Below, piece after piece: positions 1 to 10,868 of a stretch of 59,984 nucleotides of DNA. Made by a program: the position numbers and the translations under genes. The stretch is from positions 1 to 59,984 of the forward strand of contig JAYEKP010000098.1 of NCBI GenBank assembly GCA_034661075.1. Direction: 5' to 3'. The stretch's first letter is position 1. Every line of letters starts with the position of its first letter. This stretch comes from Bacteroidota bacterium. Lineage in GTDB: Bacteria; Bacteroidota; Bacteroidia; Bacteroidales; UBA12077. The notes under the pieces are model-generated. The model saw only the letters and a list, made by a program, of their open reading frames with translations, did no database searches and had not been told where the DNA came from.

Positions 1-657
1 TTATCCGTTTACTTTTTTATAATCAGCTAAAAATTTTTCTAATCCAATATCGGTTAAAGGATGTTTTAGTAAACCTAAGATGGCATTTAACGGACAGGTA
101 GCAACATCAGCTCCTGCTTCCATACATTGAATAATGTGCATGGTGTGCCTGATTGAAGCTGCTAGCACCTGTGTTTCAAAACCATAGTAATTGTACATTT
201 CAACAATTTGGGCAATTAATTCCACGCCGTCGGTAGAAATATCGTCTAATCGTCCAATAAAGGGAGAAACGTATGTAGCACCTGCTTTAGCTGCAAGTAA
301 TGCCTGCCCGGGAGAGAAAACCAATGTGCAGTTGGTTTTTATTCCTTTATCCGATAGATATTTTATGGCTTTTATACCCTCTTTGATCATCGGTACTTTT
401 ACTACAATTTGCGGATGAAGAGCAGCCAGTTCTTCGGCTTCTTTGATCATTCCGTCAAAATCGGTAGATATTACTTCTGCACTTACATCACCATCCACAA
501 TTTTACAAATGGTTTTGTAATGATTGATAATGTTTTCCTGGCCACTAATTCCTTCTTTTGCCATTAACGAGGGATTGGTTGTTACTCCATCCAGTACTCC
601 CAAATCCTGGGCTTCTTTTATTTGGTCTAGGTTTGCTGTATCAATAAAAAATTTCAT
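1..657 (-). CDS. fsa: Transaldolase / fructose-6-phosphate aldolase (TalC/FSA family)
   Basis: MKFFIDTAN start, [13 protein letters not shown] Schiff-base Lys, [11 protein letters not shown] and HPLTD motifs. Confidence 0.95.
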   Translation of the reverse strand: MKFFIDTANLDQIKEAQDLGVLDGVTTNPSLMAKEGISGQENIINHYKTICKIVDGDVSAEVISTDFDGMIKEAEELAALHPQIVVKVPMIKEGIKAIKYLSDKGIKTNCTLVFSPGQALLAAKAGATYVSPFIGRLDDISTDGVELIAQIVEMYNYYGFETQVLAASIRHTMHIIQCMEAGADVATCPLNAILGLLKHPLTDIGLEKFLADYKKVNG

Positions 658-791
658 AATGTATGTTTGATTTAAATGAATAACCTGATTTTTATGTTGC
701 GAAATTAATTTATTTTTTCGACTATTAAAATTTTCATTTTATCAATTAAATGGAAATGATAATAAACGTAGTATTTTTTTGTTTTTAAATA

Positions 792-1265
792 TCAGGAACA
801 ATCAGGTTGAAGCAAAAATTCAAGAAGGGTAAAGGCTTTTTTAGCAATGCCCGGACTCTGACTTTCTCTGTTTCCTGCGATATTTAACACTTTGATATTG
901 TTTATTTTTAACCAACTAATAAATTTATCGTAATCTTCAGGTTGGAAATTTGTCTCGGCAATAAAAAATGGTTTTTTATCTTTTTTACATAATTCAAGGG
1001 TATTCATTGCGCCCTCTCCCAGAGGTTGATTATCTTTTATAATTAAGGTTCCATCTGATATGCTTATATTTTTCTTTGTTCGATCTATGTATTCATTACT
1101 TTCCAATTCAATAAGGGGATATTTCTTTGGTATTTTCCCTTTTTCTGATTTTCTGTTTTTAGGACAATACCCCCCGGATGGATAACTATAATCTAATGCA
1201 AAATCCAGAGCACCCCGGTCAACACCGGTTTGCCCTCCGGAAACAATTTTTAATAAATGTATCAT
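792..1265 (-). CDS. Putative molybdenum-carrier / YpsA-like SLOG family protein
   Basis: KIVSGGQTGVDRGALDFA, RTKKNI..SDGTLI and LNIAGNRES motifs typical of this family. Confidence 0.85.
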   Translation of the reverse strand: MIHLLKIVSGGQTGVDRGALDFALDYSYPSGGYCPKNRKSEKGKIPKKYPLIELESNEYIDRTKKNISISDGTLIIKDNQPLGEGAMNTLELCKKDKKPFFIAETNFQPEDYDKFISWLKINNIKVLNIAGNRESQSPGIAKKAFTLLEFLLQPDCS

Positions 1266-1693
1266 CAGGATTTTTCTTTTAATACTTGATAAATTCCGTT
1301 TTTTCTACAATAACGGAAAAACCAGCTATATTCCAGCTCAATATGATATTTTTCTTTTACCTTACACCTTAGTTGCTCAATGGTTTTTACACTTTTAGCC
1401 GAGGCCATTCTTTTAATCTGATGTTTGTATGGATGTAATTTTGATTTCCGCCTTTCGGCGTATTTAAATTTTAATAAACCCTCAATCCCCTTTTTTAAAT
1501 AAATTTTAGTCCAATCAGCAATAGAATCTTCATGGATTCCTAACAATTGTGTGATATTTTCGTTTTTTTGTCCTTCGTGTTTTAAAAGAATACAATATAA
1601 TCTTTTTAAAATGTTTTTTCGGTTCTGATTTTCCCGAACAAGCTTTCTTAACTCGTTTTCCTGTATCTGAGTAAGATTTATTTTATAACCCAT
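1265..1693 (-). CDS. Helix-turn-helix protein resembling the IS630 transposase N-terminal domain (no DDE domain)
   Basis: RLYCILL..EG..LLGI..SIADW..Y..KGIEGLL..RKSKL pattern. Likely start is MGYKINL at 1693 (ORF track extends to 1768). TGATG overlap with the SLOG gene. Confidence 0.65.
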   Translation of the reverse strand: MGYKINLTQIQENELRKLVRENQNRKNILKRLYCILLKHEGQKNENITQLLGIHEDSIADWTKIYLKKGIEGLLKFKYAERRKSKLHPYKHQIKRMASAKSVKTIEQLRCKVKEKYHIELEYSWFFRYCRKNGIYQVLKEKS

Positions 1694-1870
1694 GGATGCA
1701 AAATATTTTTTATACAAGTTATAAAAACGGAAATTAAAAAGCAAGTATTTATAAGATATTTTGTTCATTCATTTTATTTTGGTGGATAAATAAAATCCAA
1801 ATATTTTGAATGATTTGATCGAAAGGTATTATTTTTACCTCAATCAAAAATAATTAATTTTAAAAAGATT

Positions 1871-2770
1871 GTGCATCAAACATTAATTGTAATTCTTGGA
1901 CCTACGGGTATAGGTAAAACAGACCTAAGCATTGATATTGCGCGTGAGTTGGGTACGGAAATTATATCTTCCGATTCACGGCAGATATATAAAGAATTAA
2001 AAATTGGAACGGCCGTACCTTCTGATGCACAGTTAATGAAAGTAAAACATCATTTTATAGGGAATAAATCCATTTACGACTATTACAATGCCAGTATGTT
2101 TGAATTCGAGGTGCTTGATTTGCTAAATGAATTATATAAAACTTATAATCAGGTAGTAATGACCGGCGGGTCGGGAATGTATATTCAGGCAGTTTGCGAT
2201 GGCATAGATGAACTTCCTACCATTGATAAGCAATTGCGTAATGATTTTATCCAAAAATACCATGATGAAGGAATTGAAAGTTTGCGTATCCAGCTTAAAA
2301 TGTTGGATCCTGAGTCGTACCAAAAAATGGATTTAAAAAATCCTAAACGTATTCTTAAAGCACTTGAGGTTTCGATACAAACCGGAAAACCGTATTCTTC
2401 ATTTCTTACCCGGCCAAAAAAACAACGCCCGTTTCATATTTTAAAAATAGGATTACAACGTGATCGGGAGGAGCTGTACGAAAGAATCAATAAACGGGTG
2501 GACGAGATGGTTAAGGAAGGGTTAGTAGAAGAAACCCGTAAATTTTTCAAGGACCGACATTTAAACTCATTAAATACCGTGGGGTATAAAGAACTTTTTG
2601 AACATTTCGAAGGTAAAATCAGTTTAACTAAAGCCATTGAGTTGATTAAACGCAATTCAAGACATTATGCCAAACGACAAATGTCCTGGTTTAGCCGGGA
2701 TAAGGAAATATCCTGGTTCCACCCGGAAAGCAAACAAAAGATTATGGATTTTATCCAAAACAATATATAG
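1871..2770 (+). CDS. miaA: tRNA dimethylallyltransferase
   Basis: GPTGIGKT P-loop, DSRQIYK, IGTA, TGGSGMY, TVGYKE and YAKRQ motifs. Confidence 0.97.
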   Translation: MHQTLIVILGPTGIGKTDLSIDIARELGTEIISSDSRQIYKELKIGTAVPSDAQLMKVKHHFIGNKSIYDYYNASMFEFEVLDLLNELYKTYNQVVMTGGSGMYIQAVCDGIDELPTIDKQLRNDFIQKYHDEGIESLRIQLKMLDPESYQKMDLKNPKRILKALEVSIQTGKPYSSFLTRPKKQRPFHILKIGLQRDREELYERINKRVDEMVKEGLVEETRKFFKDRHLNSLNTVGYKELFEHFEGKISLTKAIELIKRNSRHYAKRQMSWFSRDKEISWFHPESKQKIMDFIQNNI

Positions 2771-3229
2771 ATGAATAACGAATATAAAAATTTTGTAATC
2801 AGGGTTTATGGGTTGTTTGTTAATTCTCAAAAAGAGATTTTGATTAGTGATGAGTATCAGCTAGATATGAAGATGACTAAATTCCCGGGGGGAGGAATGC
2901 ATTTTGGCGAGGGGACGAAGGATTGTTTAAAACGTGAAATTATGGAGGAAATGGGACAGGAGATTGAAATAGCCGAACATTTTTACACTACCGATTATTT
3001 CCAGCCTACTTATTTTTACGATAATTTTCAGTTGGTTAGTATTTATTATCTGGCTAAATTCAAAAACGAATTAAAATGTAAGATATCTACAAAACCATTC
3101 GATTTTTCCGAACTTAAAAATGGAAATATGTCCTTTCGTTGGGTTTCTATTGCTCAATTATCCGAAAAGGATATGACTTTTCCCGTGGATCAGAAAGTGG
3201 TTGGTTTATTAAAACAGCGAATTCTATAA
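2771..3229 (+). CDS. NUDIX hydrolase
   Basis: Nudix box FPGGGMHFGEGTKDCLKREIMEE. Confidence 0.9.
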   Translation: MNNEYKNFVIRVYGLFVNSQKEILISDEYQLDMKMTKFPGGGMHFGEGTKDCLKREIMEEMGQEIEIAEHFYTTDYFQPTYFYDNFQLVSIYYLAKFKNELKCKISTKPFDFSELKNGNMSFRWVSIAQLSEKDMTFPVDQKVVGLLKQRIL

Positions 3230-4342
3230 ATTTTTTATCCCTTCGATAAATTTCTCCCAGCTAAATTTCTTTTTTTCAATGGCTACATTCCTGGAGAATT
3301 CTTCTTCACGCTGGTTTTCAAAAAAATCGAATAATGCATCTGCCACCGATTGTGGGTTTATTGCTGTAATATAGCCTACTTCTTGATGAGGAACAATCTC
3401 TGCCAGGCCTCCAACATTTGTAACCAGCATGGGCCGTTCAAAATGATAGGCAATTTGGGTAACTCCGCTTTGTGTAGCACTTTTGTAAGTTTGTACGATC
3501 ATATCTGAAGCACAAAAATAATATTTTACTTGATCTGTGGGGACAAAACCATTGGTAAAGATAATTTTATCTTCCAGATGATATTTTGCCACCAAATCGT
3601 CATAAAATTTACGTTCTTCATAAAATTCCCCGGCTACCATTAGTTTTATCGGAAACCTGGATAATCTTTTGTCTGTCAGGGCTTTTATAAGGATATCCAG
3701 TCCTTTATATTTTCTAATAATGCCAAAAAATAACAGATATTTAAATTCAGATGAAAGATTAAGATTTTTTAAGGATTCCTGTTTCGGGATCTTTTCTCCA
3801 AAGGTGTTATAAATAGGATGGGGAATAAATATCTTGTTTTGGTTTGTAGTAAACTGCTCTAAATCTTTTAATACAGATCTTGACATCGCAATAAACCCAT
3901 CGCATTGATTGACAAAGTATTTGGTTAGCTGGTTTTTAAGAGGGAAATTTTCGTGCGGAATTACATTATGCATAATTCCAATAATCTTTGCATTACTATT
4001 TTTTTTAATTTGTTTGGCTATTGTTCCTAAGCATGGAGCCATAAAGGGCATCCAATAATGTATTATAACTTTTTCGGGATTTTCTTTGGCTATCCTTTTT
4101 CCCATTTTAATCCAGTTGAATGGATTAATGGAGTTTATGGAGACATCAATAGGGATATGATCGGGTTTGCCTCCTTCAGCATATTGCGTTTTCCCGGGAA
4201 AGAGAAATCCCGGATACTGGAGCGAGAAGGTGTAAATTTTTACCCGTTTGTTTAATTGCAGGTAGGTGTTTCCCAAAGCATGGTTAAAATCAGCAATACC
4301 TCCACGTAATGGATATGCAGGGCCAATAAGTATTTTTGTCAA
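3224..4342 (-). CDS. Glycosyltransferase family 4
   Basis: GPAYPLRGGI, FFGIIRKYKGLD, SATQSGV and TNVGGLAE motifs; TTG start. Confidence 0.9.
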   Translation of the reverse strand: MTKILIGPAYPLRGGIADFNHALGNTYLQLNKRVKIYTFSLQYPGFLFPGKTQYAEGGKPDHIPIDVSINSINPFNWIKMGKRIAKENPEKVIIHYWMPFMAPCLGTIAKQIKKNSNAKIIGIMHNVIPHENFPLKNQLTKYFVNQCDGFIAMSRSVLKDLEQFTTNQNKIFIPHPIYNTFGEKIPKQESLKNLNLSSEFKYLLFFGIIRKYKGLDILIKALTDKRLSRFPIKLMVAGEFYEERKFYDDLVAKYHLEDKIIFTNGFVPTDQVKYYFCASDMIVQTYKSATQSGVTQIAYHFERPMLVTNVGGLAEIVPHQEVGYITAINPQSVADALFDFFENQREEEFSRNVAIEKKKFSWEKFIEGIKNL

Positions 4343-4344
4343 AA

Positions 4345-5298
4345 CTATAAATTTATTTTTTGCTCTATTTGATAATCATTTCTATCCGATGAATTTCTGG
4401 ATATCAATTCGCCTAAAAATCCAGCCAGGAATAGTTGTGTTCCCATAATCATGGATGTAAGGGCGATATAAAAAACTGGACTATCGGTTACTAAGGGTGC
4501 TTTTATATTATTCCATAAAAAGTAGAGTTTTTGTCCGCCAAGCCAAGCAGCAGCAAGAAATCCGGCAAAAAACATCAACGTGCCCAGGGTCCCGAAAAGA
4601 TGCATGGGACGTTGACTGAATTTTGAAATAAAGGTTATGGATAATAAATCAAGATATCCTTTGATAAAACGGTCGAGCCCAAATTTGGTAACCCCATATT
4701 TCCGAGCCTGATGTTGCACTATTTTTTCTCCGATATTTGAGAATCCAGCTTTTTTGGCAATTACAGGAATATAACGATGCATCTCGCCATAAACTTCAAT
4801 ATTTTTAACTACCTCGTTTTTATACGCCTTTAATCCGCAGTTAAAATCATGGAGCTTTATGCCGGTAAGTATACGTGCTGTGCGGTTATATAATTTACTT
4901 GGGATAGTCTTGCTTATAGGGTCGTACCTTTTTTTCTTCCATCCGGAAACCAGATCGTAGTCTTCTTCTTTGATCATCCGAAATAAATCAGGAATTTCAT
5001 CGGGGTTGTCCTGTAAATCAGCATCCATAGTAATTACTACATCGCCTTTTACAGCGCTAAAACCGGTATGTAGAGCTGCTGATTTGCCATAGTTTTTACG
5101 AAATTTTATTCCTTTTACTTCCGGATGTATTTCGCTTAACTCCTGGATTACATGCCATGAATTATCTTTACTTCCATCATCAACCAAAATTATTTCAAAA
5201 GTAAATTGATGGGTTGTCATTACTTTTTTAATCCACTGAATCAGTTCTGGCAATGATTCTTCTTCATTTAACAAAGGTACTACTACAGAAATATCCAT
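4345..5298 (-). CDS. Glycosyltransferase family 2 (ArnC/DPM1-like)
   Basis: VVVPLLNEE, VDDGSKD, NYGKSAAL, TMDADLQD and HDFNCGLK motifs; two C-terminal TM helices. Confidence 0.93.
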   Translation of the reverse strand: MDISVVVPLLNEEESLPELIQWIKKVMTTHQFTFEIILVDDGSKDNSWHVIQELSEIHPEVKGIKFRKNYGKSAALHTGFSAVKGDVVITMDADLQDNPDEIPDLFRMIKEEDYDLVSGWKKKRYDPISKTIPSKLYNRTARILTGIKLHDFNCGLKAYKNEVVKNIEVYGEMHRYIPVIAKKAGFSNIGEKIVQHQARKYGVTKFGLDRFIKGYLDLLSITFISKFSQRPMHLFGTLGTLMFFAGFLAAAWLGGQKLYFLWNNIKAPLVTDSPVFYIALTSMIMGTQLFLAGFLGELISRNSSDRNDYQIEQKINL

Positions 5299-5315
5299 AA
5301 TATATTGTTATCAAA

Positions 5316-5409
5316 TGTCATACTAAGCTCCTCGAAGTATGACAAAATTAGATGTTCAATAGTCACACTTCGACAGGTCTGACTGCCGTCAGGCAGGCTC
5401 AGTCTGACT
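5316..5409. repeat. Inverted pair of REP-like palindromes; the second carries a 20-bp palindromic insert
   Basis: 5316-5344 tgtcatact-aagctcctcga-agtatgaca; 5361-5409 agtcacacttcgacagg[tctgactgccgtcaggcagg]ctcagtctgact, which is the approximate reverse complement of the first once the insert is removed. Confidence 0.75.
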
Positions 5410-5426
5410 ATTATAAAATAAAATAT

Positions 5427-5975
5427 TTATTCTTCGTCAATGTCTTGCATTGCATTTTGATAAGGATCTCCTTCTTTTTTAAGAAAAGCCGATGTGATTA
5501 AGGAAATGATAAATCCCCAAAACATCATTCCCAAAAAGCTAAAAAGGGATATTAGCACAGGAGACATCATTTTTTTCTGCAACGAAAGTCCCATTTCTAT
5601 CTGCTCATCAGGAATTCCTTGTTTTAAAAGCTGTTCCTCAGCTAATGCCAACATCTTTTCAATATAATCCGGGTCGATTATGCTAATGAGTAAATAATTG
5701 TAAATACCAAATATAAGAGAAGCAATTAATACAATGATTGTGCTAAATCCTAAAGCCTTACCATAAGAAATAACACCATTCAGGCTATTATCCCGGTAAG
5801 ATTTAACGACCCATATCAGAAAAGCAATAATGATTACATAATTGACATAACCTAGATATTTATTCAGATGTAAATTAAAAATAAAAAGCAATACGGCAAA
5901 AATTACTAATGCTAATCCTAATATAAGCCCATGATTTAAAGCAGCTTTAAAGACTGAGTTTGATTTTTTTTCCAT
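5427..5975 (-). CDS. DUF4199-like membrane protein
   Basis: Four TM segments, G.ISYGKALG and IDPDY motifs; usual neighbour of this GT2 in Bacteroidota. Confidence 0.8.
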   Translation of the reverse strand: MEKKSNSVFKAALNHGLILGLALVIFAVLLFIFNLHLNKYLGYVNYVIIIAFLIWVVKSYRDNSLNGVISYGKALGFSTIIVLIASLIFGIYNYLLISIIDPDYIEKMLALAEEQLLKQGIPDEQIEMGLSLQKKMMSPVLISLFSFLGMMFWGFIISLITSAFLKKEGDPYQNAMQDIDEE

Positions 5976-6066
5976 AGTTATTAGAGGTTTAATTAATTAT
6001 TGAAACAAATATATCAGTTTTTCGATAAATAATAACTCAATTATTTGAAAAGATTTATTTAATTAT

Positions 6067-6074
6067 TACTTTTG
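6067..6074 (+). promoter_or_regulatory. Bacteroidota sigmaA -7 box for ffs
   Basis: TACTTTTG matches TAnnTTTG, 7 nt upstream of the SRP RNA stem. Confidence 0.65.
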
Positions 6075-6081
6075 TGCCCCT

Positions 6082-6180
6082 TGGGCAAGTCTTACACGAC
6101 CAGCTCCTGTTGAACTCCCCCAGGTCCGGAAGGAAGCAAGGGTAAACGGTTGTAGCGGTGCGATGTAAGTAGCTTGCCCA
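6082..6180 (+). ncRNA. ffs: Signal recognition particle RNA (4.5S, small type)
   Basis: Domain IV signature CAGGTCCGGAAGGAAGCA; terminal stem tgggcaag/cttgccca followed by a T-run. Confidence 0.93.
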
Positions 6181-6210
6181 CTTTTTTTGCATTTTTTTAG
6201 GAAACGATAT

Positions 6211-6248
6211 AAAAAAATCCCGCATCAATTTTTGATACGGGATTTTTT
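6211..6248. terminator. Bidirectional intrinsic terminator
   Basis: aaaatcccgcatcaa-ttt-ttgatacgggatttt with A and T tails, between convergent ffs and the POT gene. Confidence 0.8.
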
Positions 6249-6263
6249 GTTGAATTATTTTTT

Positions 6264-7811
6264 TTATGATTTAGTTATTCTTTCCAGCCATCTTAGCATA
6301 AAAAACATCGTGGCCATGGATAAAACACAGACTACAACAAACATAGTCCAGGTTAACCACAGTGGTACACTTTCATAAAGAATCGCACCAATAAATAATA
6401 ACTGGTTACCAACAGCGGTTGCACCTAGCCAGCCACCTTGCATGATACCCTGGTATTGAGGGGGCGCTACTTTAGATACAAATGAAATTCCAAGTGGGCT
6501 AATAAATAGCTCAGCTACAGTAAGAATTAAATAGGTCCCAATCAATAGCATTGGAGTTACTCTTAGGGATTGCTCAAGAGGAATCCCATCTCTCGCGGGG
6601 TCAATGGTTTCATAAGCAGGTAATCCTATAGAACCTAATGTCATCACTAGATAGGCAGTCGCTGCAATTCCCATACCGATAGCAATTTTCTTTGGCGTTG
6701 ACGGTTCCATTCCTTTAGCACGCAACCAACCAAAGAATCCTACAACAATAGGTGTTAACAGAACAATAAATAATGGGTTAATGGATTGGAATATTTCAGC
6801 CCCTTCAATGGTAACAAAACCAAGATTTATTGCAATTCCGCTTAAATCAGTATAGTCACGGGCAAACATGGTAAGTGTCAGGCCGTTTTGGTGAAATGAA
6901 AACCAGAAAAAGATTACTACGCCAAATACAGCAAATAATGCATATAAACGTTGTCTGATTTCCTGAACACTCATTTCAGGGATAGCATCGGTTTTTGTAC
7001 CGTCTTTTGCTTTTTTCTGTACGGTAGGGAATTTCCTAGCATTTGTTAGATAAATAACCAATGAAATAACCATGGCTCCAACAGCTATTCCAAATGCATA
7101 ATGATATCCTGTTGTAAAGATATTAAGATATTCGTTAGCAAAAGCATCCAGGCTTTGTCCTGCTCCGCCTACAGAAGCTTTAATCTCTTCGAAACGGGTC
7201 ATTGCTTCCTGTGTTAATCCTGAGTCTAAATGTTTGTGGCATAAAGCAGGAAGGTCCGAATTGTAGTTAAATCCGTTATTGTTTAACCACCAGTTACGGA
7301 TACCAATCGCTGCGAAAGGAGCAAAAATGGCACCTACATTAATAAACATATAGAAAAGAGAGAAACCTGAGTCTCTTAATTTTCCATATTTTTCGTTGTC
7401 ATACATCTGACCAACTAGAGCCTGTAAGTTCCCTTTGAATAATCCATTACCAAAAGCAATAACAAACAAGCCAAAGATTGTTAAAATGAGCATGGCCATT
7501 CGGCTGCTTTCGGGTACCGGTGTTGGTGATGGAAGGGCTACAATTACATAACCTACTGCCATAATGATGATCCCGGTAAAAATGGTTCCTTTGTAATTTC
7601 TTAATCGGTCGGCAATTAATCCTCCAACAAAGGCGAGGATATAAATGGAAAAATAAAAAACCGAATAAATTAAACCGGCATCTTTACCCGATAAACCAAA
7701 TTTTGCTTGTAAGAAAAGCACCAGAATAGCCATCATGGTATAGAAGCCAAACCGCTCCCCCATATTTGCCAGAGCTGCTGCAATTAATCCTTTAGGATGT
7801 CCTTTAAACAT
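6264..7811 (-). CDS. Proton-dependent oligopeptide transporter (POT/PTR, MFS)
   Basis: GHPKGL, ERFGFY, GNGLFK, FSLFYMFINVG, FQSINP and ELFISP motifs. Confidence 0.93.
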   Translation of the reverse strand: MFKGHPKGLIAAALANMGERFGFYTMMAILVLFLQAKFGLSGKDAGLIYSVFYFSIYILAFVGGLIADRLRNYKGTIFTGIIIMAVGYVIVALPSPTPVPESSRMAMLILTIFGLFVIAFGNGLFKGNLQALVGQMYDNEKYGKLRDSGFSLFYMFINVGAIFAPFAAIGIRNWWLNNNGFNYNSDLPALCHKHLDSGLTQEAMTRFEEIKASVGGAGQSLDAFANEYLNIFTTGYHYAFGIAVGAMVISLVIYLTNARKFPTVQKKAKDGTKTDAIPEMSVQEIRQRLYALFAVFGVVIFFWFSFHQNGLTLTMFARDYTDLSGIAINLGFVTIEGAEIFQSINPLFIVLLTPIVVGFFGWLRAKGMEPSTPKKIAIGMGIAATAYLVMTLGSIGLPAYETIDPARDGIPLEQSLRVTPMLLIGTYLILTVAELFISPLGISFVSKVAPPQYQGIMQGGWLGATAVGNQLLFIGAILYESVPLWLTWTMFVVVCVLSMATMFFMLRWLERITKS

Positions 7812-8199
7812 AATGTATTCGTTTTAGTTAATATTAATTTTCAAATCATTTACAAAAGGAATGACAAATATAAAAATCTTTTTTTTGTGATCAAGTATTT
7901 ATACAAAGGTTTAAAGTAAAAATTTGAATGAAAACTGCTAGTTGTGATTTTGTGTTTAAGTGCTGTTTTATAAGTATTTATGGTGCTAGGTATCAGGGAA
8001 ATCAGGTAGAATGTCTTTTCTCTCAGAATAAATGATATTATACTAACATATTGGTTGGAGATGTTTTATCAAAGGTTAAGTTTATTAAAACATCATAATC
8101 TGATATCTGGAAAATTTATTTATATTCACATCTTGATGGATGAAAATGATGGATTTTTCGATAGAACCTTTTAAATTTGTTCAAAAAGGAGCATAAAAA

Positions 8200-9714
8200 A
8201 TGAAAATACTTAAATCAGATCAAATACGCGAAGTTGACGCTTTTACGATAAAAAATGAACCGGTAGCATCTATTGATTTAATGGAACGTGCGGCCATGAC
8301 CATTACCCGGAAAGTTGCTGATTATTATGCACCCGAAACAATTGTAAAGTTGTTTATTGGCCCGGGAAATAATGGAGGCGATGGATTGGCTGTTGCTCGC
8401 CAATTGGTAGAATTTGGATTTTTACCCGAAGTTTATTTGCTTAAAATAACGGACAAGCTTTCACCCAATGCTGAAATTAATCTGGAACGATTAAAAAAAA
8501 TCAATAAAGTAAAGATTTCTGAAATAACGAATGAAAATGTTTTTCCCAAATTGCAACGTAATGATTTATTGATTGATGCGTTGTTCGGTTCCGGGTTATC
8601 AAGAAAACTTGAAGGGTTACCTGCAGGTTTAGTAAAACATATGAATCAATCGGCTGCCGATATTGTATCTATTGATATCCCTTCCGGATTGTTTGGCGAA
8701 GATAATGGAACAAACGACAGCGATTTAATAATTAAGGCAAAATATACTTTTACTTTTCAGATGCCAAAACTATCGTTCTTTTTTCCTGAAAATGAAAATT
8801 TTGTTGGATATTGGGAAGTAATGGACATTGGATTAATGCAGAAAGCGATAGATAAAATGAAGTCCGGTTATTTTATGCTTACTCCGGAGGATATAGCTTC
8901 TAAAATTGTACAGCGCAAAAAATTTTCTCATAAAGGAACTTATGGACATGCGTTGCTTATCTCCGGAAGTTATGGAAAAGTAGGAGCCGCTGTTTTATCG
9001 GCAAAAGCTTGCTTACGAACTGGTTGTGGTTTGGTAACGGTACATGTTCCTAAAGTGGGCTATGAAATTGTACAAACAGCACTCCCCGAAGCAATGATTA
9101 GTATTGACTGGTCGGATATCATTTTTACTGATGTACCGAATATTGAGAATTTTTCGTGTGTAGGAATTGGCCCTGGAATTGGGACAAAGCAAAATACCAA
9201 AAGAGCATTACTGAATCTTTTTGAAAAAGTGAAAAATCCGATTGTTATCGATGCTGATGCGCTGAATATTTTAGGTGAACATAAAGAATGGATACAGAAA
9301 ATTCCTGCAAATAGTATCTTAACGCCGCACCCAAAGGAGTTTGAACGCTTAGTTGGAAAATGTGCCGATGATTATGAAAGAAATCAACTACAAATAAAAT
9401 TTGCTGTAGAAAATAAAATTATTTTGATACTAAAAGGTGCTTATACATCTATTGCTTTGCCTGACGGAAATTGCTATTTTAATAGTACCGGAAATCCGGG
9501 AATGGCAACTGCTGGAAGCGGCGATGTACTAACAGGGATGATTCTTTCGTTATTTGGACAAGGCTACCATCCTGCTGATGCTGCAAAAATTGGTGTATAT
9601 TTGCATGGCCTGGCCGGAGATTTGGCTTCAGAAAAACTAGGAGAAGAAGCAATGATTGCTTCTGATATTATTGAAAATATTGGGAATGCATATTTAAAAT
9701 TTAAAAGGAAATGA
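8200..9714 (+). CDS. nnr: Bifunctional NAD(P)H-hydrate epimerase/dehydratase
   Basis: LMERAA, GPGNNGGDG, IDALFGSG, DIPSG; HKGTYG, IDADALN, TPHPKEF, GSGDVL. Confidence 0.95.
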   Translation: MKILKSDQIREVDAFTIKNEPVASIDLMERAAMTITRKVADYYAPETIVKLFIGPGNNGGDGLAVARQLVEFGFLPEVYLLKITDKLSPNAEINLERLKKINKVKISEITNENVFPKLQRNDLLIDALFGSGLSRKLEGLPAGLVKHMNQSAADIVSIDIPSGLFGEDNGTNDSDLIIKAKYTFTFQMPKLSFFFPENENFVGYWEVMDIGLMQKAIDKMKSGYFMLTPEDIASKIVQRKKFSHKGTYGHALLISGSYGKVGAAVLSAKACLRTGCGLVTVHVPKVGYEIVQTALPEAMISIDWSDIIFTDVPNIENFSCVGIGPGIGTKQNTKRALLNLFEKVKNPIVIDADALNILGEHKEWIQKIPANSILTPHPKEFERLVGKCADDYERNQLQIKFAVENKIILILKGAYTSIALPDGNCYFNSTGNPGMATAGSGDVLTGMILSLFGQGYHPADAAKIGVYLHGLAGDLASEKLGEEAMIASDIIENIGNAYLKFKRK

Positions 9715-10856
9715 AAAAAATATATTTAATCTATGTTGTAATTGTGCTAACAATTTTTTCCTGTAAAACAATATCAGAAACCAAAGTGTCTAAAATTGAT
9801 GGTTTAACAAGTCAATCTGAAAACAGTATAATATATGCATTGCCAAAAACTACATTGCGTTTTACTGTTGAGGCTTTACGGACAGATATTATTCCCGGCC
9901 CATATTATGAGTATGCCGAAAAATATTTAGGAATGGATGATGTTCCCGAAGAAGAGTATTCTGACTGGCAAATTTCAAATATTATTATCGAATCATATAA
10001 TGAAATAGATCCTTCTCAGTTTTATGTTTTAGAGCCTGAAGGGAAGATGAATATTAACATGCAGAAATTGATTGAAAGTGGCAGTATTCTGCCTGTTAAT
10101 ATGCGGGCAAAACACCAATTTCCCAATGATTTTTATGGGTTTAATGATCCCGGAAAAGAGGTCGTTTTTACCGATTTGAGTGTAAAGAAATATATTGGCG
10201 AAGAAAAAGTAACCTATTATAAACGGGTGCAATGCGATTCACTTTTTGCAAAGGTTCCGGTAGTAAAAACCCAGTCGGTTACCAAAACCTTTGAAGACAA
10301 AGCCGAAGAAGCTGCCAATTTCATTTTTATGATCCGCGAAAAGCGGTTTGAATTATTAACCGGAATGGCTGATTTTTATCCCGAAGGGAAATCACTTGAA
10401 GTAGCTATCAATGAGTTGAATAATTTGGAAAGTGAATATTTGTCGTTGTTTATTGGAAAAAAGTTTACGAGTACATACAAAGCAACTTTTGAATACTCAC
10501 CTCAGAAAGAAGATTTGAATCAGCCTCATATTTTATTTCGTTATTCGGATGAAAGAGGAGTACTTCCGCCAAATGATTTAAGAGGACGGCCCATTATTGT
10601 TGAGATAGAAAAATTAAATCATACCAAAAACCTTGATTTTTTACTTGCCGACCAAATTAATCGTGAAGGTACAAACTATAAAAATAAATTTTTTTATCGC
10701 ATTCCAGACCAGGCATTTATTCAGGTAGTTGATGGGAATCAGTTGCTGGCAAAACGAAAATTAACCATTGAACAATTTGGTACAGTAGTACAAATTCCAT
10801 CAATGTTTTTAATGGATGAAGAGAAGTTTATTGAGTTTTACAGAGATGAAGAATAA
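9711..10856 (+). CDS. DUF4831-like lipoprotein
   Basis: Lipobox IFSC; IYALPKT, PGPYYEYAEKYLG, YLSLFIG and YRIP motifs. Confidence 0.75.
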   Translation: MKKIYLIYVVIVLTIFSCKTISETKVSKIDGLTSQSENSIIYALPKTTLRFTVEALRTDIIPGPYYEYAEKYLGMDDVPEEEYSDWQISNIIIESYNEIDPSQFYVLEPEGKMNINMQKLIESGSILPVNMRAKHQFPNDFYGFNDPGKEVVFTDLSVKKYIGEEKVTYYKRVQCDSLFAKVPVVKTQSVTKTFEDKAEEAANFIFMIREKRFELLTGMADFYPEGKSLEVAINELNNLESEYLSLFIGKKFTSTYKATFEYSPQKEDLNQPHILFRYSDERGVLPPNDLRGRPIIVEIEKLNHTKNLDFLLADQINREGTNYKNKFFYRIPDQAFIQVVDGNQLLAKRKLTIEQFGTVVQIPSMFLMDEEKFIEFYRDEE

Positions 10857-10868
10857 ACTTTAAAAATA

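Noticed and set aside
1265-1768. Active IS630 element
   Set aside because: No DDE catalytic ORF and no terminal inverted repeats seen
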